Positions 1-9,837 of a stretch of DNA of 64,000 bases are shown in pieces (the first letter of the stretch is position 1; every line of letters begins with the position of its first letter). The stretch spans positions 61,781 through 125,780 of the forward strand of contig CBDBHR010000003.1 in NCBI GenBank assembly GCA_965205865.1, in the 5' to 3' direction. The position numbers and the translations under genes were made by a program. The notes beneath the pieces were generated by a model. It was not told where the DNA came from. It was given only the letters and a program-made list of their open reading frames with translations, and searched no databases. This stretch comes from a bacterium. Its GTDB lineage: Bacteria; SAR324; NAC60-12.

Positions 1-3000
1 TGAGCGGATGGCCGATTTTCTCACCGGAGGCGTAAACAACTGTGAAATCCTGAACGTCGGCCATCGACGTAAATTGGAGCTTGAAATCGAGCTTCCGGGG
101 TCTCCACTCAGTGCGGTAATGGCAAATGAAGTCTGGGAAGAAATCCACGAGAAGCTGGAAAATACAATTTATGAACATCAGACCACCTTGATTTTCGTCC
201 CCACTCGCGCGATGGCGGAGCGCTTATCGCATCATCTGACCGCAAGGTTGGGGCCCGAATTCGTTACGGCGCACCACGGAAGCATGTCCAGAGAAAAACG
301 CCTGAATGCAGAGACGAAGCTCAAGTTTGGAGAACTGAGAGCACTGGTGGCGACAGGCTCTCTTGAATTGGGAATTGATGTGGGTTCTATCGATTTGGTA
401 GTTCAGATCGGTTCCCCCAAGTCCATTGCCTCCCTGCTTCAGCGTGTGGGCCGTTCCGGTCATACGCTGGCAGGAATCCCAAGGGGAAAGCTCTACCCAT
501 TGACCAAAGACGAACTGATTGAAGCGGTCGCGCTACTGGACAGTGTGCGCAGGGGTGAATTGGACAACCTCCCCGTTCAGGAGAAACCGCTCGATGTCCT
601 TGCCCAGCAGATTGTCGCGGAGGTCTCCTGTGAAGACTATACCAAAGACGCGCTCTATGACCTCGTCCGCAGGTCGTATATCTATCGAAATTTAAGCGAG
701 AAAGAATACCATAGTGTCATCCAGATGTTGGTTGACGGGTTTACATTCAGGAGAGGAATGAGAAGGTCATACCTCTATTTCAATCCGGTCACTGGCATCC
801 TCAAGGCAAAAAAAGGCGCATGTCTTATCGCCACGATTTCGGGAGGAACCATCCCCGACCAATTTGACTACGATGTGCGTCTCGAACCATCGGGAGTACA
901 GATTGGCGCCGTCCACGAAGATTTCGCAGTTGAAAGTATCCCTGGAGACATCTTTCAGTTGGGCAACACTTCTTGGCGGATACTCAAGGTGGAGACGGGA
1001 AAAGTCCGTGTCGAGGACGCGGAAGGCTTGCCCCCAACAATGCCCTTCTGGCTTGGTGAGGCCCCCGGCAGGTCCGCCGAACTGTCTGCGTCGATATCCC
1101 GTATCCGAGAAGAAGTCTCCACACGAGTAAACCTGGATAATCTGGGTGACGATGCGTCGCAAGAATGGAAGCGGGATGCCGTCGCCTGGCTCTGCGAGCA
1201 GGTCGGTACCAGTGAGGAATCCGCGGATCAGGTCGTCACCTACCTGGCCGCTTCAAAGGCGTGCCTTGGGCGAGTACCAACGCAGAATCACATCGTCTTT
1301 GAGCGTTTTTTCGACGTAGTGGGGGACATGCACCTTGTCATTCATTCGGTTTTCGGCAGCCGGTTGAATAGAGCTTGGGGTCTTGCCCTTCGAAAAAGAT
1401 TCTGCCGCAAATTCAACTTCGAGTTGCAGGCGGCGGCCAATGAGGACAGTCTGGTCTTGTCCCTGGGGGAGACTCACAGCTTCCCGTTGGATGGAGTGAT
1501 AAACTACTTGAATGCCCACACGGTCCGCGAGATTCTCGTGCAAGCCATCCTGGACGCGCCCATGTTCCAGGTACGCTGGCGTTGGAACGCATCTACGGCA
1601 CTGGCCGTGTTGAGACGAAGGGGCGGAGACCGGATTCCCCCTCAAATCCAGCGCTCAGATGCAGAGGACTTGCTTTCCCTGATATTCCCGGACCAGTTGG
1701 CTTGCCTGGAAAATATACCGGGAGACCGTGAAGTGCCGGACCATCCTCTGGTCAATCAGACCATTCACGACTGCCTCCATGAGGCCATGGACATTGATGA
1801 ACTAGAAAGTCTTTTCAGCCGAATTCAAATAGGTGAAGTCGAAGTGTCGTTCCGGGATTTACGAGAACCCTCCCCATTGTCTGAAAGCATTCTCAACGCG
1901 AGACCGTATACCTTTCTGGATGGCGCGCCCTTGGAAGAACGTCGAGTCCAGGCAGTCAGAACCCGTCGCTGGCTTGAACCCCAAGACGCCAGGAACTTGG
2001 GTAAACTGGAGAAAGGCGCGATTCAAGCAGTGAAGCAGGAAGCCTGGCCGGTTGTCAGTGACGCGGATGAACTATACGACGTCCTGGTCATGCATGGATT
2101 TTTGACAGATAGGGAATGCTTGCAAAGTGAAGGCGGCGCCTGGCTTCCTTTTCTGGCATCACTCTTGGCGTCCAAACAGACGGTGTCCATAGACTTGAAA
2201 GACGATCTCGAGCTCTGGATTGCTATTGAAAGAATTCCACAATTCGAGCTCCTTTACGGAAAATCTATTTCTCTCGAAAACACAAAGGTTCCGGAAACCA
2301 TCCGTGAGTTTCCATCCGGGAATGCGGAAGAAGCGCTGATCGATCTGATAAGGGGCAGGATTTCATTGCTCGGTCCAACAACGGCGTCCGGAATCGCGAG
2401 GGATATTGGCCTTCCTGAAAAAAGGATCAACCTGGCTTTGCTCTCCCTCGAGTCGGAAGGAATTGTGATCAGGGGACATTTCTCTCCCGACAGACCTTCC
2501 GACGCAGAAATAGAGTGGTGCGAACGCCGTCTCCTCGCACGTATTCACAAGTACACCTTGGAAAAGCTTCGAAGGGCAATCAAACCCATTTCCTCCGCGG
2601 ATTTCATGCGCTTTCTCTTGATATGGCACAACCTGACTGAAAGTACTCGAAAGGAAGGCCCTGAGGCGCTCAACGAAGTTTTGGACAAGCTGGACGGTTA
2701 TGCTTGTCCTGCCGTCTCCTGGGAGAGCGATGTCTTTCCCTCGCGAGTGAAGGACTACGATTACATGTGGTTGGATGCATATTGTCTCTCCGGCAAAACC
2801 ATGTGGGGCCGTTATCTCAGGACTCAGAGCGCAAAAGCGGTAAATACGCCCATCCGCACCACTCCGATCACCTTGACGAATCGAACCACGGTCTTCTCCT
2901 GGCCGCTTTGCTCTTCAGAGCCATGCAGACCAATCCTATCCCAGTCCGCACTGCAGGTCCTGGAGTTTCTCAAAGCCGATGGCGCGCTTTTTTACCAGGA

Positions 3001-3745
3001 CATTCTTGCCAGGTCCAAAATGCTGAAAAGTGAAGTCGAAGGGGCCATTGCGGAATTGGTCGCAGCAGGAATATTGACTTGCGACAGTTTCGCAGGGTTA
3101 CGCGCACTGCTGATTCCGGAGAACTACAAAGTGAGATCCGGAAGGGGCCGCAAACCCGTTTTCAGGATGGAACTAGCCGGCAGGTGGTCTATTATCGAAT
3201 CAGGGTTCAAAGAAGAGGATTCCCGTCCGGTCGATCGAACGATACCGTTGGAGGCGGATATAGAGCAATACGTAAGAATTTTGTTGAAGCGCTATGGAGT
3301 CGTTTTCAAACGCGTCTTGATGCGGGAGAATGGCATACCACCTTGGCGCGACCTTGTCCGAGTGATGAGGCGGATGGAGGACCGCGGAGAAATTCGAGGG
3401 GGCAGATTCGTTGATGGCTGGGGGGAACAGTATGCTCTTCCTGAGGCGGTCACCGTTATTCGCTCCTTGAAACGAAAGCAACCTCAGGGCGAACTGGTTT
3501 CCGTAAGCGCTTGCGATCCGGTAAACTTGGTGGGAATCATTACTCCCGGAAAACGTATTCCTGCAATTCCGGGAAACCGAATCCTGTTTCGCGACGGAGA
3601 ACCGATAGCGCGCTACGAAGGAAAAACAGTTCAGTTTGAAAAGAAACTGGACAATGAAACTGCCTGGCAAATGCAAAAAATACTGGTCCGAAAACGAGTT
3701 CCGCCCAAACTCAGAGAGTACCTGGGAAACATCACTCTTCCTTAA
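1..3745 (+). CDS. lhr: Lhr-family ATP-dependent SF2 helicase with C-terminal winged-helix/AlkZ-like extension (5' end lies before the window)
   Basis: Motifs TLIFVPTRAMAE, AHHGSMS, ATGSLELGIDVG, LLQRVGRSGH, GGTIPD, PFWLGE; C-terminal RGGRFVDGWGEQYA and SACDPVNL. The frame is open upstream of ATG 8 and motifs I/II are absent, so the gene is partial. Confidence 0.9.
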   Translation, partial: ERMADFLTGGVNNCEILNVGHRRKLELEIELPGSPLSAVMANEVWEEIHEKLENTIYEHQTTLIFVPTRAMAERLSHHLTARLGPEFVTAHHGSMSREKRLNAETKLKFGELRALVATGSLELGIDVGSIDLVVQIGSPKSIASLLQRVGRSGHTLAGIPRGKLYPLTKDELIEAVALLDSVRRGELDNLPVQEKPLDVLAQQIVAEVSCEDYTKDALYDLVRRSYIYRNLSEKEYHSVIQMLVDGFTFRRGMRRSYLYFNPVTGILKAKKGACLIATISGGTIPDQFDYDVRLEPSGVQIGAVHEDFAVESIPGDIFQLGNTSWRILKVETGKVRVEDAEGLPPTMPFWLGEAPGRSAELSASISRIREEVSTRVNLDNLGDDASQEWKRDAVAWLCEQVGTSEESADQVVTYLAASKACLGRVPTQNHIVFERFFDVVGDMHLVIHSVFGSRLNRAWGLALRKRFCRKFNFELQAAANEDSLVLSLGETHSFPLDGVINYLNAHTVREILVQAILDAPMFQVRWRWNASTALAVLRRRGGDRIPPQIQRSDAEDLLSLIFPDQLACLENIPGDREVPDHPLVNQTIHDCLHEAMDIDELESLFSRIQIGEVEVSFRDLREPSPLSESILNARPYTFLDGAPLEERRVQAVRTRRWLEPQDARNLGKLEKGAIQAVKQEAWPVVSDADELYDVLVMHGFLTDRECLQSEGGAWLPFLASLLASKQTVSIDLKDDLELWIAIERIPQFELLYGKSISLENTKVPETIREFPSGNAEEALIDLIRGRISLLGPTTASGIARDIGLPEKRINLALLSLESEGIVIRGHFSPDRPSDAEIEWCERRLLARIHKYTLEKLRRAIKPISSADFMRFLLIWHNLTESTRKEGPEALNEVLDKLDGYACPAVSWESDVFPSRVKDYDYMWLDAYCLSGKTMWGRYLRTQSAKAVNTPIRTTPITLTNRTTVFSWPLCSSEPCRPILSQSALQVLEFLKADGALFYQDILARSKMLKSEVEGAIAELVAAGILTCDSFAGLRALLIPENYKVRSGRGRKPVFRMELAGRWSIIESGFKEEDSRPVDRTIPLEADIEQYVRILLKRYGVVFKRVLMRENGIPPWRDLVRVMRRMEDRGEIRGGRFVDGWGEQYALPEAVTVIRSLKRKQPQGELVSVSACDPVNLVGIITPGKRIPAIPGNRILFRDGEPIARYEGKTVQFEKKLDNETAWQMQKILVRKRVPPKLREYLGNITLP

Positions 3746-4022
3746 AACTCTTTATTTGCAGAGAAGCAATACTCAGTTGGGTGTGATTTCGTAATTTTAT
3801 CAATTCTGGCTTGACAGGGAATCCAGGGGCGTGCCACGCTATGTGGTATCCGGGCCCTGGATCAAGTCCGGGATGACAATTCATTGAAATCATTAATTGC
3901 GCTAAAAAAAACAGAGAAAATCAGACGACTATTTAAAAATTCGGCGGACAAAAAATAATTTATACCGGGCAGGTGGAGATAGACATGATTCACCATGAGG
4001 AATTGAAAGAAGTTCGTAAGGA

Positions 4023-4108
4023 TGGTGCCGAAGGGGAGACTCGAACTCCCACGGGCATTGCCCACTGCCCCCTCAAGACAGCGTGTCTACCGGTTTCACC
4101 ACTTCGGC
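4023..4108 (-). tRNA. tRNA-Leu(GAG)
   Basis: Reverse complement GCCGAAGTGGTGAAACCGGTAGACACGCTGTCTTGAGGGGGCAGTGGGCAATGCCCGTGGGAGTTCGAGTCTCCCCTTCGGCACCA: acceptor stem, GAG anticodon, long variable arm, TTCGA T-loop, encoded CCA. Confidence 0.97.
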
Positions 4109-4288
4109 TATTTCGTAAGCATATATATAAAGATTATCAAAGAATCTTCAAGGTATTTTTTGTTTCCTTCTCCTGCATGGAAAACGTCTAAAAGTTGATT
4201 TTTGTTGGCAAACCATTTAATATATTTAGCTTGTACAGTAAAACCGTACAATAACCACCGTATAAAAACACGCGTTCATTGAGAATGA

Positions 4289-4642
4289 TTGATGCCCAGG
4301 AAGAAATTAGTTTACAAAATCATTTTCGTCAACCAGGGAAAAATCTACGAAATATATGCAAGACAAGTGAATCAGAGTGATATTTTTGGTTTCATCGAAG
4401 TCGAAGGTTTGTTTTTTGGTGAAAAATCCGACGTCGTGATTGACCCGGTGGAAGAGCGACTCAAAGGGGAATTTTCAGGAGTGGAAAGGACGTATATCCC
4501 TATGAATGCCGTGGTTCGTATTGATGAAGTTGAAAAAAGAGGCGCAAATCGCGTGACTTCGGTCTCCTCCAAGTCGGACAACGTCACCCCGTTTCCGGTT
4601 TCCAATCTTATTGTTCCGGGAGAAGGACCCCAAAAAAACTAA
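4289..4642 (+). CDS. DUF1820 family protein
   Basis: Pattern YKIIFVNQGKIYEIYAR...GFIEVE...VVIDPVEERLKGEF...YIPMNAVVRIDEVEK. Confidence 0.8.
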   Translation: MMPRKKLVYKIIFVNQGKIYEIYARQVNQSDIFGFIEVEGLFFGEKSDVVIDPVEERLKGEFSGVERTYIPMNAVVRIDEVEKRGANRVTSVSSKSDNVTPFPVSNLIVPGEGPQKN

Positions 4643-4807
4643 CCTGTCCGTGATAAGCACCGCAGATTTGCCGGTAGAATCACTGCTCCTGCCCGTTATG
4701 TCCGCCTCATCATTCCTTTCGCGTTTTTCAACAACACCTCGATGATAGGCGTCAGCGATGCTCCGGCAAGGGAGAAATCCAGGGATGCTCCCCATGCGGA
4801 ATCAAGA

Positions 4808-5098
4808 TCATTTGTGACGCAATTTTTGAGATTTCCGCAAGAGTTGGATTTTCATGGTATCCACGCTTTTTCCAATCGCTTTGTATAAATTTTCATGAGA
4901 GGCACTGCTGGACAAAGGTTTTCCCATGTAGGTGCAATTGATCAGCACATGGTGATGTACATCGACTTCTTTGGTCAAACGAATATGAAAGGGAAATTTA
5001 CTTTCTGTGATTTGAAGCAATTCACGCATCACGTCATGTACATGTTCGATGACTGATTCGGAGTGTTTCATGTTGTTAAAAGCGATGTGTATACTCAT
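4808..5098 (-). CDS. HPF/RaiA-like ribosome-associated protein
   Basis: 96 aa, N-terminal I-x-F-N-N-M-x-H-S-E-S-V and C-terminal ENLYKAIGKSVDTMKIQL. Confidence 0.65.
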   Translation of the reverse strand: MSIHIAFNNMKHSESVIEHVHDVMRELLQITESKFPFHIRLTKEVDVHHHVLINCTYMGKPLSSSASHENLYKAIGKSVDTMKIQLLRKSQKLRHK

Positions 5099-5420
5099 AA
5101 ATCCTTTGCTGGTTATGTAGTAGCCTGTGATTTTCTATTTTTGTCATTCCTGACTTGACCAGCAATTCGGTGAGCAATCCCGTTTCACGTGATTTCCGGA
5201 TCACGGGTCAAGACTGGGATGATTAATTAGTGAACGGCAAATGATTCTACAAAAAACCCTTCATGGGTCAAGCTAACATTGTGCTGGTGAAAAAATTTAA
5301 ACGGATATGATAGTTGCGCATTTCCCATTGCAGCAAATTCCTGTATCCTGATTACTGGTTTCACGTACTTGATGGCCACTCCTCATGGAATGCGACTCAG
5401 AGTTCTGAAAAGGTCCAAAA

Positions 5421-6695
5421 ATGATCCAACAATCCGAAAAAGCCTCTGCTGATACCGTCCCGTATTCGATAAGTCTGAAAGCAACGTTGCAGAGTATTTT
5501 TCGTTTTGCAGAAGACAAATTCCCCAAAAATAGTGCTCGCATTGAGCCGAGCAGCATCACCTATATCAACCACAAGTCTCTTTTGGAGATGGTGAGAAAA
5601 ACCATTTCGACGATCAAATCGGATGTGCTCCCCATCGAGCCTGCAGGTTTGAAAGACACCTTGTTTGTGACCTGCTTGTCTTTGGCGCACATGCAATACC
5701 ATTTGAATTTGCTGGAGACCCGCCTGGCTCATTTGTGGGAATACCTGTCCGGACGATTCAGATGGCGGCGTTATATCAAATGGACACGGACCAATGAAGC
5801 GTTTCGACATTATCAACTGCTCAAAGAGCAACAGCGAGATTCTCGGCAGATTTGGGAGCAATTGAATCGCGCCTATAGGGAATTGCGCCATACGATTCGA
5901 CATAACTCCCTGGCGATTGTCAAGGCACACGTCTCTTCTACGGAGGGTCAATTTATCATCGATATTGAAAAGCTGGAAAGCTCGCGGACGGCTTTGTTGG
6001 AACTGCTCTATGAAATCGAAGATCAGCATCATCGAAAACAAAAATTACGCAAAATCTTCTTTTATGCTTCCGATCGTCTACGCATTTACAATAAGTTTCG
6101 CGGGGCCAATCTGGCGCTCGAGAATTTGTCGATTCAACTAGAGAGAGTCGACTTGGACAATTCCTTCATCACACCTAATCTGTTGAAAGAAATACGTTTC
6201 AAAGAAAGAAAACGCATACGCTGGTACAATTCAGACAAATACGTGCTGCGTCAACTCGATAAACGCCAATTTCCTTTGAAAACCCTCATCGACGGTCTCG
6301 ATAGATTGCTGCAATCCGAGTCCCACAAGTTGAATCTGTATGCCAATCAGGTGACGAATCTGGGATATTTGTTGAGATTTACGCCAACACCTTCCACTGC
6401 CGAACTCTCTGGAATCTTAGTTGAGAAGGATCACTCCCGTCCCCTGCCAAGTCCCACTACAGGTGCTTCAAAAAATGAAACCGCTTCTGCGAACGAGGCT
6501 CCCCATTCAGAAGAGTCTTCTCCGACATCGGTAGTTGCCGAGCAGGAAAATGGCAATTCGGTATTGACGCTGAGCTTGGAAGAGATTGATGAACCCAGCC
6601 GGCAATCCCTGGAAGAAGACACGACGCGCGAACCTCCCTTGCCCAAGGAACCGCTTGTCTCCGAATCCCGCAAGGACGAGGCGGTGCTCTCATGA
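5421..6695 (+). CDS. hypothetical protein (helical/coiled-coil, acidic low-complexity C-tail)
   Basis: 424-aa ORF co-oriented with serS; no motif recognised. Confidence 0.65.
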   Translation: MIQQSEKASADTVPYSISLKATLQSIFRFAEDKFPKNSARIEPSSITYINHKSLLEMVRKTISTIKSDVLPIEPAGLKDTLFVTCLSLAHMQYHLNLLETRLAHLWEYLSGRFRWRRYIKWTRTNEAFRHYQLLKEQQRDSRQIWEQLNRAYRELRHTIRHNSLAIVKAHVSSTEGQFIIDIEKLESSRTALLELLYEIEDQHHRKQKLRKIFFYASDRLRIYNKFRGANLALENLSIQLERVDLDNSFITPNLLKEIRFKERKRIRWYNSDKYVLRQLDKRQFPLKTLIDGLDRLLQSESHKLNLYANQVTNLGYLLRFTPTPSTAELSGILVEKDHSRPLPSPTTGASKNETASANEAPHSEESSPTSVVAEQENGNSVLTLSLEEIDEPSRQSLEEDTTREPPLPKEPLVSESRKDEAVLS

Positions 6696-6817
6696 TTGTC
6701 AGGATTTCCGGAATTCGTATTGCCATTGTTGATGGCGCATGTTAGGCTTTTTCCATTACTCACTTCCTGCTTCTCTCAGATCAAAGTTCCTCGCCATCCT
6801 CGGTTGGAACCCCATTT

Positions 6818-8077
6818 ATGCTCGATATCAAAATCATTCGCAGCCACCCGGACCAAGTCATTACAAACTGCCGCAATCGTCATGTTGATGTAGATATTCC
6901 CCACTTGATGGCGCTCGACGAGCAATCCCGGCAGTTGAAAGGAGAATTGGATGCCCTGCGGCAGCGTCGCAATGCGATCAGTCAGCAGATGAAGCGCCCA
7001 ATGTCTGAGGACGAACGACAGCCTTTGATCGAGGAGGCAAAGTGGCTACGAGAACGAAGCGTGGCCAAGGAACGGGAGTATGATGAGGCAGAGCGTACCC
7101 AGCAATCTCTCCTGCGCCAAGTTCCCAACCTGACACACCCCGGTACACCCGTTGGGCAGACCGACGAGGACAATCGGGTCCTTCGTCAAGTGGGTACTCC
7201 GTCTGTTGTTGATTTTGAGCTTCGAGACCATCTGACGTTAATGGAAGCGCACGATATGATTGACTTTGCCGGCGGCGCCAAGGTTGCCGGACAGAAATTC
7301 TACTATTTGAAAAATGAAGCCGTGTTGCTGGAGTTGGCATTGATTCAATATGGTATAAAAACAGTCCGGGAAGCGGGATTCACCCCTTTCATCACACCCG
7401 ACATGGCCCGGCAGGACATTGTGGATGGCATCGGATTCAATCCACGCGGGGAGGAAAGCCAAATATATTCCATCGACAATTCCGATCTTTGCCTGATTGC
7501 CACTTCTGAAATCACACTGGGTGGTCGTCTCAACAATTCGATTTTCCAAGAGGCCGAGCTGCCATTACTTCATGCCGGCCTTTCCCATTGTTTTCGTACT
7601 GAAGCGGGAGCCGCAGGGAGAGAATCCAGAGGACTCTACCGTGTTCATCAATTCACTAAATTGGAAATGTTCATCTCTTGCCATCCGGACCAGTCTGAAG
7701 TGATGCATGACAAACTTCTGCTCCTGGAAGAAAAAATTTACCAGGATTTAAACATCCCTTATCGAGTAGTTGATGTCTGCACGGGTGATTTGGGGGCACA
7801 AGCGTACCGTAAATTCGACTTGGAGGCCTGGATGCCGGGACGGGGAAAATGGGGAGAAATTACTTCTGCTTCCAATTGTAGCGACTACCAGGCACGTCGC
7901 ATGAACATCCGTTTCAAGGATGAAAAAACTGGCAAAAATCGTTTTGTACACCTGCTCAATGGAACCGCCATTGCGGTGTCCCGCACCCTGATTGCCCTTC
8001 TTGAAAATGGACAGCAATCCGATGGCTCCATACGCTTGCCAAATTGCTTGGGCCTCCCTGACATTATGAGCAAATAA
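6818..8077 (+). CDS. serS: seryl-tRNA synthetase
   Basis: MLDIK start, coiled-coil arm, LIATSE, CFRTEAG, GLYRVHQFTKLE, KFDLEAWMPG, EITSASNCSDYQARR, LNGTAIA. Confidence 0.97.
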   Translation: MLDIKIIRSHPDQVITNCRNRHVDVDIPHLMALDEQSRQLKGELDALRQRRNAISQQMKRPMSEDERQPLIEEAKWLRERSVAKEREYDEAERTQQSLLRQVPNLTHPGTPVGQTDEDNRVLRQVGTPSVVDFELRDHLTLMEAHDMIDFAGGAKVAGQKFYYLKNEAVLLELALIQYGIKTVREAGFTPFITPDMARQDIVDGIGFNPRGEESQIYSIDNSDLCLIATSEITLGGRLNNSIFQEAELPLLHAGLSHCFRTEAGAAGRESRGLYRVHQFTKLEMFISCHPDQSEVMHDKLLLLEEKIYQDLNIPYRVVDVCTGDLGAQAYRKFDLEAWMPGRGKWGEITSASNCSDYQARRMNIRFKDEKTGKNRFVHLLNGTAIAVSRTLIALLENGQQSDGSIRLPNCLGLPDIMSK

Positions 8078-8088
8078 AGGATTGCCCA

Positions 8089-9801
8089 ATGACTCCTGCC
8101 GACTATCACCCCGTGATCGACATTTTAGTCCGTCATTTTAACGTGACGAGCGAAGCGCTCGTTCCTTATCAAGAACAATTGTTTGAGAAGCGTAACGATG
8201 TGACGGCACTCAAGGAAGTCTTATTAAAATATAAGGTTGTGAAAGAATCCCTCTTTCAGGAAGCGGTCGCCCGTTTTTATGACATCGAGTACCGAGGGCG
8301 TTTTGATGATCTGAATGGAATTGAAAGTTTCACGGAAGCCATTCCGATCCGCTATGCCAAGAAATTCATGTTTTTCCCCATAAAAAAGGATGGTTTCAAT
8401 CTGGAAGTGGCTTTGGAAGATCCAGCTTGCATGCATCCCATTGATGATGTGGCCTTGAAATTGAAGTGTCGGGTCATACCGGTGGTTTCGAACCGGGAGG
8501 CGATCCTCAACCTGATCAACCAAGCCTACGAACGGGCCAGTACGACAGTTGCGGCCATCGAGGAGTTGGATACTGAAGGCTTTGACAATATCCAGGACGA
8601 TGAAACGGAAGACTTGATTGACGCCGTCGATGAGGAGCCCGTTAAGCATTTGGTTAACAGTTTACTCTGGCAAGCGGTGCGGGAAAATGCCAGTGATGTA
8701 CACATCGATCCCACACCACGGGAAATCAACGTGCGCTACCGGATCGATGGCATCCTATACGATGTATCTACAATTCCTAAAAAAGCGCACTTGACCGTAG
8801 TCAACCGAGTGAAAGTGATGTCTCGCTTGGATATCGCCCAAAAAGGAATGCCTCAGGATGGACGGACCATGGTGCTGATTGCCGGGAAAAAAATCGATAT
8901 CCGGGTTTCCACCATTCCTACCGTGCAGGGAGAAAAGATTGTCATGCGGCTGCTCTATCAGAGTGAAAATCTGATGCAGTTGAAAGATCTGGGATTGGTG
9001 AACAAAGTCCACACTGAGTTTAATCGCATGATTCATAAAACCGGTGGCATTATCCTGGTGACGGGTCCCACCGGGAGCGGGAAGACGACCACACTCTATG
9101 CGGCATTGGGAACCCTGGACCGGCGTGCAAAAAACGTGATCACGATTGAAGATCCGGTGGAATATAAAATTCCGGGGTATAGCCAAATTGAAGTCAATCC
9201 CAAACTGGGTTTGACCTTTGCGAATGCTTTGCGCTCCGTACTGCGACAAGACCCGGATGTGATCATGGTCGGTGAGATGAGAGATTCGGAGACCGCGCAA
9301 ATTGCTATCCAAGCGGCACTCACCGGACACTTGGTTTTCAGTACAGTCCATACCAACAACGCCCCTGCAACCATCACACGGCTTATCGATATGAAGGTGG
9401 AATCCTTTCTGGTCTCTTCCACGATCATAGCAATACTCGCCCAACGACTGGTCCGTCGCATTTGCAAATCCTGCAAAAAAGCTTACGATCCACATGAAGA
9501 ACAGTTGAGGGAAGCTGGCCTCACGCTCCGGGAATTGAAAGATGCCGGGGTTGAACTGTACCGTGGAAGCGGATGCGAACACTGCAGGGATACAGGCTAT
9601 CATGGACGAATGGGGATCCATGAATTGCTGATCATGGATGATCGAATCAAAAGGGTGATCCTGGAAAACAAGGACGAGCACACAATCAAACGAGTGGCGA
9701 TGAGTGGAGGAATGACCACTTTACGACAGGATGGCGCCTACAAGGCATTGCTGGGGATTACGACCCTTGAAGAAGTCCTTTCCGTCACTCGAGAAAATTA
9801 G
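8089..9801 (+). CDS. gspE: type II secretion/type IV pilus assembly ATPase GspE/PilB
   Basis: ASDVHIDP, RYRIDG, PQDGR, Walker A GPTGSGKTTT, TIEDPVE, LRQDPDVIMVGEMRD, TGHLVFSTVH, two CxxC. Confidence 0.93.
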   Translation: MTPADYHPVIDILVRHFNVTSEALVPYQEQLFEKRNDVTALKEVLLKYKVVKESLFQEAVARFYDIEYRGRFDDLNGIESFTEAIPIRYAKKFMFFPIKKDGFNLEVALEDPACMHPIDDVALKLKCRVIPVVSNREAILNLINQAYERASTTVAAIEELDTEGFDNIQDDETEDLIDAVDEEPVKHLVNSLLWQAVRENASDVHIDPTPREINVRYRIDGILYDVSTIPKKAHLTVVNRVKVMSRLDIAQKGMPQDGRTMVLIAGKKIDIRVSTIPTVQGEKIVMRLLYQSENLMQLKDLGLVNKVHTEFNRMIHKTGGIILVTGPTGSGKTTTLYAALGTLDRRAKNVITIEDPVEYKIPGYSQIEVNPKLGLTFANALRSVLRQDPDVIMVGEMRDSETAQIAIQAALTGHLVFSTVHTNNAPATITRLIDMKVESFLVSSTIIAILAQRLVRRICKSCKKAYDPHEEQLREAGLTLRELKDAGVELYRGSGCEHCRDTGYHGRMGIHELLIMDDRIKRVILENKDEHTIKRVAMSGGMTTLRQDGAYKALLGITTLEEVLSVTREN

Positions 9802-9837
9802 GAAATGATTTGATGGATAAAAGCGTTTTCTAGCCTT

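Noticed and set aside
4023-4108. tRNA-Leu as island integration site
   Set aside because: No duplicate of its 3' end or integrase was seen, and it is flanked by core genes.
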